This document shows positions 49,394-61,300 of a stretch of DNA of 64,000 nucleotides, piece by piece. Position numbers and translations under genes: made by a program. The stretch comes from Balanoglossus misakiensis (Eukaryota > Animalia > Hemichordata). Position 1 is the first letter of the stretch. Every line of letters starts with the position of its first letter. Where the stretch lies: NCBI GenBank assembly GCA_040954595.2, contig CM082593.2, forward strand, positions 3,675,434 through 3,739,433. The letters are read 5' to 3'. The notes beneath the pieces were generated by a model. That model searched no databases. It saw nothing but the letters and a program-made list of their open reading frames with translations, and was not told the DNA's origin.

Positions 49394-52300
49394 TCAATAG
49401 TAATAGACTCTTTCACCATTTGCTATAATGACTTCATCTGATGGTATAAGTCTGTGATCTCGAACCCACGTGGTTTCAGGATTTGGACATGCAGTTGACT
49501 CAAAGTCAAAACTGTTTTCTGACGAGAACTCAGAAGCAAAGTCAAAGTCTGGAACAGTGTCCTCTTGGTAAGCGTAATTATAGCGGTATTTGTGGTCCCC
49601 CGGCAGGGGGAAGGGGGGTTGGGAATGGCCGGTCATTGTAAATTCACTAACTTGGTGATTGTTGTCAGGGATGGTAGAAAGTCTTCTTGCGAAGATGAAC
49701 GATTCCGTCATTGGCACCTCTGGGCGCATCGCTTTCAGTGACGTCCTCTGGACACACCTAGAAGACGAATAATGTGATCTCATTTCAATCATACATCATT
49801 CTGTTGTATAATACATTGCTGTATTTTAGTTTAGTCAATCTACCTCAAATTGCAACAGAAGTTTTTTCTTCAGAATGCTAGAATTGACTTACTTTCTGAA
49901 TACTACAACTATAAGCATGATGACCAGGACACTGCCCAAGGCCCCGAAAACAATCCCAGCAATGAGACCAGCTTCCTCCACGGCTGAAATCACAAGTAAA
50001 CATTTCCATGATGAGAACATGATGGCATATCCATCAGTGTTTCATTAAGATTACTACATTGTAATGGTTATAAAATTCAGCAAGCGTCATTCTACATAAT
50101 TAGAGATAATGTAGGTTTACTCTTCCCTGCTCTTCAACAGAGTTGGATGTGTCAATGCTGGTGTAAATACTCACATGTATCAGAAATGGGACGTTTTTCA
50201 CACTGAGTTCCAGATGTACCACTTTCGCAGACACAGACTGGAGCTCCAGATTCATCCACATTGCATACACCATCATTCTGGCAGAATGCCTCACATGGAT
50301 CTAGAGTGAAAAGTATAAAAACTCAATTTGCAGGCAGGGCTTCTGAGTGGTGAACCAAATGACTTGGTACCGGTAATTTTGGTTTATACATACATACATA
50401 CATACATACATACATACATACATACATACATACGATATCTATCTATCTATCTATCTATCTACGGTATCTACAAACCTTCTTTGCAGTCAGTAACTGACTG
50501 TGTTCCTTGTTTGCTGGTGGTGGTTCCATAAGGACACTGTGTGCAGATACTCTCACCATCAATTCCATAAGTCCCCCTGGGACACAACTCGCACACACCA
50601 CTCAGTCCAAGATAAGTGCCAGCCTCCAGACATACTTCTGCAGAATCAAGGGAATATATACAAAGGATGTGAAAAACTTGTCAAAGAAGACTATGATCTG
50701 TTGTAAAAAATACTTATATTGTTTGCCACACTTTTTATCTTTGCTTGTTGAAAAATGGAATATTGTTTGATACAACTGCATTCTAAGAACATATTGTAAT
50801 CATCTGGTAGACTCAAAAGAATATGAACAGCATTGTATATTTTGGGAATCATGGTCAACAAAACAAAGTTTTCTACCTCTGAAAAACCATGTTCAATCAA
50901 AACTTAAAGATTTTGAAAACTTCACTTGAAGAAATCCTCTTTTACATAAAGGCATTTGCGTCACAAACACCTCCAGTTTAACAAAGACTTAGGTGTGGTG
51001 ACACATCTTGACTGAACAGCCATTCATGTATCAAAGCTTGCCGTTTCTGAAGAATTTAACTCAATCTCTGGGTACAAAGTACCAACTAATATATCACAAA
51101 CAGAAGTAACACTTGGGGGTTCTTCAATGTGACCCCCTGGCCCATTGGACAACACCCACACATGCGTGCCCCATCCTTTCCAGATGTTTCTATAGCAACA
51201 CATCCAGTGTGTTTAATCATAAATCTCACCAACCAATTTGAAATTAACGGTAGTACAGCCTGGCCAATCAGAATGTTACTTCTCCTTATAACTGAAATGG
51301 CCACTTCCCTCCCTGAAAACAGTAATATCACGTGTCAAACAATGGCAATTTTGCTGAGTCAAGCTCAGTAGAAAAGACAGGGCCCTTACATGTTCTGCAT
51401 GGTCAAACCTCCAGAGAGCAATATATTCTCTCCGTTAGGCCCACACATAGTTAATGAAATTCTAAAGGAATTTTTGCCGCCCACAAAAGTGAGCCACAAG
51501 TGGGTTGACCTGACTTGGGTGTGGTTGCGCCTGTTATCTGGGTCAATCCTTTGATGGGAGTTCTACATGAGAGGGCTCATTGTGTGGTGTACATGTGTAT
51601 TTAAGGCGTTACATCGTGGCAGTTTCTATCAAATGAAACAAATGAACTGCGCAAGGTATTGATACAAATACATGAATTAGTACTGGATGAAGTGGCACTA
51701 AGCTAGTGCTGATTTAAGTCTGTCTAACTTAACATTTTAGACAGAGACACAGGCAGGCAGACAGGAGACAGAAATGAGGGGAAGGGAACAGACAAAAAGA
51801 CTGACTGATAGCGCAGCACTGAGACTTTCGTTGACTACTCGAGTGTATATAGAAAAACCCACACCAGTACTAGTGATGTCAATGACATCATCAAAACTAT
51901 CACACATGACAACACATGCACACTGTGACAACTAGCAGTGCTGAGTGGGCTATTACAGCTTTCACTGGTGCTGTATGAGTTCAAGAAAGGTCCATCCCAT
52001 AAAGACTACTCTCTTACAGCTTCTTTTACAGCCACTGTAATGAGCTCAACAGGAGCAACTGCCCACCATTGTACAATATTTGGTTTATAGGTGTGTCAGT
52101 CTTGCAGTCTGCAAGACGTTTTGTGTTGTCCTTTCAACGAGAGATTCTTAAACGAAGTCTCTCCACACAATGGACACGTTCGTCGGTACCTGTGTGTACC
52201 ACGGGTCTGTGTGACCTTACAGACAGTGAAACGCGGGTACATTGACATAGTTCCATGGACATGTACTGTCAATACTTTATTGTCAGCGAGATAGAAACCT

Positions 52301-55300
52301 ACCATGGCAACCTATCTCGAAACACTCTGACAAGTCACTGACCCAAATGTAGCAACCAAAAAGGTCGATAGATTACTTTTAAGACATACTAATTCATTTA
52401 TGAACACTGATTAATCATCTGAGCTGTCTAATTGTTTTCTAGTCTCATCAGATAACTGGTTAACAAATAAATAAGTAAATTAACAAGGACTTAAAAAGAA
52501 GACAAGTTATACTGGGAATGTTCAAACAATACCTTGGCAATCATCTACTGATGTGCTTCCATCACCATCAGTGGACATGCCGGTCGGGCAGGCATTGCAT
52601 ACAAATTTGCCAGTCTGGTCTTGGTACATACCGACTGGACACGGTGTACATACATTGTCCTTGTTGTAGTGACCAGCACCACACATTTCTGCAGACAACA
52701 GAATATCACATACACAATTCAGAGTTTTCAAAAGTATCACAATAATCATCTACATTATATATCAAACCAAAACTTTTTCCCTTCATCCTCTGCAGTACTC
52801 TCAGTACAACATGTATATCATTTTTCAACTCAATATTTGAATACATGTACATGGACACACTTAATTGGCTGCAAAATAGAACAATTATCAAAACATTTCC
52901 CTTTTTTTATTGTATTTGTTCAGTTTGGTACTTCAAAATGACGAAGAGGTTTAGGAAGCCGGAAAATAATGACACTAGAGGGCGCTATATACCCATTAGC
53001 TTCACCTACCTAAGCATAGTGTGCTTGAGGTTGTCCGTCTACCCTGTGTTGTTGTGCCGTCGGGGCAAATGTGACACTCAGTTTGTCCCTTTGTGTCTTG
53101 GTATTCGCCAATGGGACACTGCTGGCATTTGTCACTCTGTGTGTCATGATACTCTCCGGGTGGGCAGTACACTGAAAAACGGAAATAAGAGATTGATTTA
53201 CACTTAATTAGTTGAAACTGTGCTTCAAGGAATCAGATTCGGACCAGGGATTCAGATTTGAAAAAAAAAATGTCAATAAAAGACAAATCTATTAATTTAT
53301 GTATCTGCTAACTATTAAGGGCCAGATGGATTCTTCAACTTTGTGGGGTTATAAGATTATTCTTACCACATAAGTCATTGTTTCTAACTGTTCCAACAGG
53401 GCACTCTACATTGACATTATATTGAAAGCTGTTGTAATCAGCTTGGCTTTCATCAATGTCAAGGCCACCACTGTACACTGCTTCGTCCAAGACTTCACCC
53501 ACATCTTGCTCATCGACTTGTGTAGAGCTGAAAAGGGCGAGAAAGTAGCAGTTAGGGCATGAATGAGAACATTGGTGAAATTTGAGGGGTAGGAAATGTA
53601 AACATACAGGTTCTGAATGGAGAAATGTGATGACCAACGAAAGTTGTCATTCTTACTCAGCATTGAACGTGAAATCAATGGTTGCCACAACGCTTCGCTT
53701 GCGCCTCCTAGTGGTAGCACCACAGGTCACCTGGATGTTGGAGAAGTCACACAAGATGGCACCACAGACCGTATAGTTGAGGGCACCATTCAGGGTGTTC
53801 ATTTTGCTCTTGAAGGCATCCACCAGTTCCTCGTTGGATCCGTCATCAGAACAGGTTGCAACGGTGTAACTGATGGTACCGGTGACGGAAACACCCGGTG
53901 TCTCTGCATCTGTAGTGATTAAGTACGTAGCAATGTCTCAGTGTATTCACAAATTGGAAGGGTGGTTTTCTGGCTTGTCCAGAATAATACACCAGATGGG
54001 ATTATATATAAAGTGATCAGCATTAGAGTGAAGTAAACTGATTTCAACCCCAGTTCCCTCTTTCGAGATTCAAGTTTACCATAGTCAATGATGTGGTTGG
54101 ACTGTACCATGGTGGTGAGAGGGTTAAAGAGTAGTGATTTTGAGGTCACTGACCTGCGCATCCTGGGAAGGAGAATGTCTCGTCCGGATACTGCGGGTCC
54201 CACACGCCCTCACTGCCGCACACGTAATGCGGTGCTGGCTGCGATGTGAAGTAGTAGCCTTCATTACAGGCAATATTACAGAATTGACCATACTGCCATA
54301 CGCCACATGCTTTGCTGCCTTGTACAGGGGCGGCCGGGTTGGGACAGTCGTGGGCTTTTGATGAAAAAAAAATTAATGTGAGTGACCTTTTTATTTTCCC
54401 ATTACAGATGGATCAAGTGGATCTACGTGTTAAAACTTTCCTCCGTTTCCCTAACCATGAGTTAGATCATGGCAGGCTATTGAAATCATATAAAACTTGG
54501 CAATTATACTTACGAAGAACATACACCATAAAATTACACTCAGCATGGTTTCCATCCGCATCATAGGCAATACAGGAGGCTTCATAGAGTCCATAGGCCA
54601 GTACAGTACCATTCGGTATTGTGCAAATCAGATTTGATACTTCGACGTTATCTGTGAACACTGGTTCCGTGTACACCACCTGGACCAGGTGGTTTTCAGA
54701 GTCTATGACTCGGACCACACCAGGGCAGGTGTCAGCAACGAGTTGCGGTGGTTCGGTGTCTGGACAAGGCAAAACATTGAGAATTTTAAATGAAATGATT
54801 CTGACAGAAAGTGCCATGAAACCTGTCGAAACTGAACCCCGTCAAACCAATATTTAATGGATAAAAAATATTTAATGGATATGAAAAGTGAATGAAGTAA
54901 TTTTACCAATTGAATTCTCCGGGCATGCGCTGCCAGTGTAGAACACACCAGGTGGACATTTCTCGTCGTTTCCACAGAGTGACACTTCCACCTCATGAAC
55001 GCAGCCAGTTGAAAATGCCAGGAAATCCAGCCATCTCACCACCTGGCCCGTTCCAAAGTCGCACGAAGTTGACGCTTGGGTGATTGTGGCTGCATCCATG
55101 CCAGTATCAAAGACGGAGAAGTGACTGATTTCACCGTGGAAGGCATCAGTGTCATCTGTTGATTGGTAGGGGCGACCGAGTACGACTTTTAATCTGGGAA
55201 TAAACAATGGAAAATGACGGTATTTTATATGTGTTTTTGATACATTTTATGGTATCCTCATACTGAAACTGACTTTCCTAGTCAATCAAGCCTATAGTGA

Positions 55301-58300
55301 CAGATACAAAATACAGATACATTAATCTCTATGTTTACTTGCATGTGCATACTTACAATGAAGATGTGGTATCTCCGAAGATGACATTCAGGTTTGAATC
55401 CAACACCCAGACTCCATCAATGTACCACTTGGCAACACCAGACTGTGTCTCCCAAGACATGGCAACATGGTGCCACTGCAAATCCTGCACTACTGTAAAC
55501 TCTGGTGATGATGGTAAACTTAAAAAGACCTCAAAGTTTGACCTGACGGAATCAAATATACCAAAATTTCTCATGATACAGATATCTTACAATAACCAAG
55601 CGTGTAATTTGGTTATATGAAGAATGACTGACAACATGCAAAATGCTACTAAACATGTGTTGCAGTCTTACCCATCTTCTGATGTCAGCAACTGGAACGG
55701 CTCCCCGCCACTATTTGTGAAAGCATACCGAATCCAAAACATGACAGAGAATTCCGTCTTTGCAAAACCTGTAACCGGCGTCTCTGACATGGCTCCATCA
55801 CTCACGCAGAAATACAGATCAAACTGCTCTGATTTCTCTGCAAAATAAATATTACACATTTCATATTGATGCTGTAATCCCTATGCCACTATCCTTATTC
55901 TGAGTGCTGTAGCTGATACTTGGACGATTTCAAGACGTCAAAGTAGGTTTTCTTTTCAGTGTACCCTGCCAAGTTTAAACTTTGCTGGTTGTGCACACAT
56001 ACCCTTTTCACAGTCAATTCCCTCGTAGAAGGCCGTACACTCACAGGTGTTTTCGTTCACCCCATCTACACACGTCGCACCATTCTGACATGGACTGTTT
56101 TCACACTCGTTGATGTTGGTCTCGCAGTTGTTGCCTTCGAAGCCTGGCACACAGTGACACTGATAACCGCCTACTGTGTTGATGCACACACCTTCATTTT
56201 GACAAGTTGCCAGTGAGGGCACACACTCATTGGTATCATCTCCACAGGTTGGGCCTTCATAGCCTGAAATGTAAGAGGGCATATATTATTTGCATTTATT
56301 TAAAATAACACATTAAGTATTCAAATGGCATCAACAAGATTGGAACTTTGTCCTTTTAAAACAACTGTCCAATAAGTGCAACTATTTTATTGCATTAACA
56401 GGCACCTTACCAGTGACACAGTCACACACGAAGTCATTGTGTCCATCCACACAAGTTGCACCATTCTCACAAGGACTTCCAACACAGTCATCGATGCTAA
56501 TGCTACAGTCCGCGCCGGTCCAACCATAAACACAACTACAGAAGTAAAAAGATTCAGAACTTTTGCATAAAAGTTGTAATATGTCAACCGTGACAATGAG
56601 TAAACATGTACTGTATGGGAAATATGTATTCCTCATCAAAAAGCATTGGTGAAAACCTGAAAAGACACTTGATTACACAAACCTGCAATGTAGTCCACCT
56701 ATAACATTAGTACACATTGCGCCATTTTTACATGGTTCTGCTTCATCGCCGCAGTAATCGTAGAGATCACTGCAGATGGTGCCTACAAATCCATCTGGGC
56801 AGGAGCATGTGAAGGCATTAACTTGATCCTGACACTCACCACCATTCAGACATGGGTTGGTGGAACACTCATCGACTTCCAGCTACAAAGTCAATACAAT
56901 CTAATGTTACTCTTGATTGAAATTGTGAACAACTAGGTCTACATTCTGAGCGATGGATTGTGACTGTTCTGCACTATAATTCATCTTTGTCGCACGATAT
57001 TGCAACGGTCATGCGTATACAGTCTGAACTTTTCTGGAAAGGTTACATTATTACAAGTTTGAAATGGCTACCTCACACATATCTCCCATGAATCCAGGAT
57101 AGCACTGACACCCGAAACCAGGACATAGACAAACCGATGGATTATCCACTGCAACACAATCTCCGTTAACACATAAGTTAGGGTCACACGGGTCTGTGTC
57201 GGCTTCATCACACACATCACCTGAAATGGATTGGAAGTGATGATATATAAATAAACTGATATTGGAATACATGTCTGTCTAGTGGTGATTCATTCAACAA
57301 ACCAGTATTAAGTCTTATATACCGGTACTCACCAGTCCAGCCTAAAGTGCACTCACAGGTGAAGGCGTTGACATCATCATGACAGGTACCACCATTTTGG
57401 CAAGGGGTGTACATACAGTCATCTTCATTAATCTGACAAGCAGACCCTGTGAAGCCTGCTTGGCACTGACAGTTAGATGGTCCGACACAGGTACCGCCGT
57501 TCAAGCAAGGGTTTGGGTCACAGTTGTCTGTTACAAAGAACAATAAGTCGACAAACAACACGCTGAAAAAATGATATGAACTACTATCTTTAACAATTTC
57601 TTCCTAACTATGATTCTGTCTGGGAAATAAATTGTAAACCCTGCATTTGATAATGAATTGCCACAAACTAGGAGGAATGGTCTTGGTATACTCACTCAAA
57701 TTAATGTCACAGAATTCTCCAGTCCATCCGAAGAAACAGAAGCACAGCACACTCTGATAACCCATGTCTATACACAAACCACTGTTACAAGGAAAACTGG
57801 CACAGTCATCGATCTTCGACTCGCAGAATTCCCCTGTGTAATCTGGCTGGCAGATGCACACGAAACTCTCCGAATCGGCGCCTGAGAGGAAGCACTGTCC
57901 GCCATTGACGCATGGATTACTGGAGCACGGCGTCAGCTGAATTTCGCAGGTGTCTCCCTTGTATCCAGTCAAGCACTCGCAATAGTAAGAATCTTCGGTT
58001 TGGACACACACACCAGAGTTCAAACAGGGGTTGCGGTCCTCACAGCTGTAAGCATTCTCACAGTTTACCCTGCAGTGAAGGAAGAGGCCAGAAATCTTAA
58101 TTTTTCTTATGCTAAATTTATAGACGGAAGAGGTTATAGCTGCACTGTTGGAAGCAAATTTGTAGGATAGAAACTTACCCAAAATAGTTATCTGGACACT
58201 GGCAATGCCATGTATGAGAAAATGACTGACAAGTCCCACCATTCAGACAAGGTGAATTGTTGCAAGCGTCTGTTCGGATGAAAATATTACTTGTTATTAT

Positions 58301-61300
58301 TATGGGCAAGAACTTTATAATGGACAACAACTAGTACTTTATTTTACTTCTTAACTACAAAAACTGACCAACACTGAACTATGAATTTACATTAGTCAAT
58401 TGCGAAGATCACAATCCTAAGCTAGATAAAATATAAATAGTGTAGAAAGGTCTAATGACCTTTTCCTCTGCATGCAATCAGTTTAATACACAGGAATAAT
58501 TTACGAGAATCGTAAATTCATCCTTACCAATACAGTCGGTAATGTTCTGAGAACCTTCTTGCTCAGTGATTTCATTGTCAGCACACTCTAGGCAACTGGT
58601 GGAACCTATAGAGTTCTGGTAGGAGTCAAGATTACATGGAGTGCAAGGCTGTAGACCTGTAGCTGAATAACTTCCAGCAGGGCAGGATTCTGTCAATAAA
58701 ATTAAGTTTGCATGGGAGACCTGCATGCCCTGTTGTGCCATCTGCATAAACTTTCATGATATTTCTACCTGACACAATATAGGCCTAAACAAACAAAACT
58801 GAAAGGCTTAAACTCGATGGTGTAGTTTCATTCTTATTCATGGAGCAGCTGTGACCATACCTATGCATTGCGATGATCCGGGACTACTGTGAAAACCATC
58901 TGGACAGGACTGACACGCCCTTCTACCATATCTGACAGATTTTGTGTCTTCTGGGCAGACATTACACGGCATCAGGCCAGTTGCAGAATAACTTCCTGGT
59001 GGACACAGCTCTAAGGAAATAGATGATAATGGTGTTTAAGAAATGATCAACAGTAACATTCACTGACGGTGGAACTAAAAGAATCAGAGACACTTGTAAC
59101 TCCAATCTTGCTCTGTAAACCATTAAAGTCTCTCTGAGTATTGATGAAAAACATCAGATATCTCACAAATGAGGGCAATATATACCTAGGCATTTATCAA
59201 CACTTGTGCTTCTTTCCTCCAGAGTGGAGTAATGGTCAGGACACAGTTTACACGAACTCTGACCAGCTTCATCTTGGTAAGTTCCAACAGCACAGTCGAC
59301 ACATGCATCGTTGCGTTCACTCGTTCCCGCGGGACATTTTACTGTTAAAATATAAATTAGCCGAAGAAATACATCATAGATTTTTCAAATTTCCATTACT
59401 GTCATATATTATGTGCTCCTTTACAAACAGTGATTAAATGACATGTATAATTCAAACAGAATTCAAAAACTACTTTTACTATTTTCCTGAGATTGCAGGA
59501 ATACACACTAAATCTGAACTTACGACAGTGGTCATTACGCATGCCGTAGCCACTGAGACATCGACAGGAGGTCTCGCTTTGATTTGGAGTCTCCTGGAAT
59601 CCGTCATTATTGAGGACGAGATTAGGGCAGGTGGTGTTGGCGATTTCCACTGTTAAACCGGTGACCTGGTCACTGATATGATCTGACAGCGAATCCAGAC
59701 AAGATTCGATGTCGTCAAGGTCCACGTCTCCAGTCACCTCAAGAGACACTTCAACAGTCACTGTGATCTACACGAGAAAGACAAAGTATTAGTTGTGTAC
59801 TATATGGTAATTACAGCTTTTCCCATCTAGTGGTCTTTCAGTGGGGTTCTTGGACTTTTCAAGAAGTGAATGAATTTATAACTCACCTTAGACTTGTCCG
59901 CTGCTATCTGGAGATTCAAACTTATTGATATAGTAACTGCATTCCAGATGGCCAGACTACACAGTGGAGGAAATTCATTCTGGGCTTTGGTTTGAAAAGT
60001 ATTTTTCAGGGCATTGCTGTACATGCTATAACAGGATGACTGTGTTGCCGGGGTAACAGCATCAAAGATACCCTCCAACTCTCGTTGACAAGTAGACTTC
60101 TCCATTGCTGACAATAAAACGGATAAAACATCCAGTCATTCACGGACACCAAGGAATTTCATTGAGAGTAAATAGTTACAGAAATGTCTTATCCACATGG
60201 AGTTAAAGCTCGTTGTTTTCAGTGTTCAACTCGTAACGAATTGAAATGTACACTTACCGACACACTGTGGCACTCGGTTATGGGGAATCCACCCGACTCC
60301 AAATCTGCAGATGTAGTAGCCACCTGGCTCGGGCAACGGCTGCACAAAGTCTGTGTTTGGCGGGCAGGTCACGCTGCACGAATAGCCAACTTCGGTTGAT
60401 GTCTCTATCAAGGGTGAACAGCTGAGCTGGTCATTGGGTACACCAAGACTCCATTCTGGACAATCCTTGGCTGTAAAATAATTTGAGCCCATTTTAAGCA
60501 TTTATCTCCATCTACCGGTACATGGTGTCTACATAAACCAATTGAAAGATTCCAGCTGTGAGTTAATACCTTGGACATCGATGTAAAAACTGCAACTGGC
60601 GCTGTTGCCTGCTGCATCAGTGGCTGTCGCGGTAACGGTCACAAAGGTCAGAGTCTGCACAGCCGTCAGATCTTCCACCGGTGGGTCGTAAGAGACAGAC
60701 TCGACTCCCACGTTATCTGTTACATTCACTGAGTCATACTCATAGGTCACTGTTTCTTCAGTATTTTCGGTGAGTATGGTTCGGGTCGGTGGACAGGATA
60801 ACCTAGGGGGCTCAACATCTGAAAGAAAATATCACAAATAACCTTGTTTTACCATCAAGTGACCAGGTGGTGTTCATGTTGGTTTAACCTTTTGACCACC
60901 ATGGTTCAGCCCAAACTGATTGTTATCTATGGTAAGGCTAGACCTCTGAAGAGGGAACTAGGGGCGAAAGGGTTAAGGTATATATTATGTTATGACATTA
61001 TTTGATAACTGACCGACACACTCTGGTACAGGCCCACTCCAGTACGGTCCACCACTCTCTCTTCTCCTTCTATTCTGAACATCAAGGCTTGGATTTCTTG
61101 AGGAGTCCCTCCGGCGGCGAACTGAGAAAAAATGATAAGTAACATTGCTTTGAAGCTTGGAATTCCATTGAAATTCCCATGAAAATATACCAGAATTGCT
61201 TTTACATGTGTTTCAAGCAACTGTACTGAAAGATACTAGAGGACAATGTATTGTCTTACCTTGTCCAGAAGATGCATCTGCAGAGATGAGAAATAGAAAA

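Noticed and set aside
60990-61220. ORF-track peptide FAAGGTPQEIQALMFRIEGEERVV as an exon of paralog B
   Set aside because: Wrong frame. Phase-1 splicing gives VRRRRDSS...PYWSGPVPECV, which matches paralog A.
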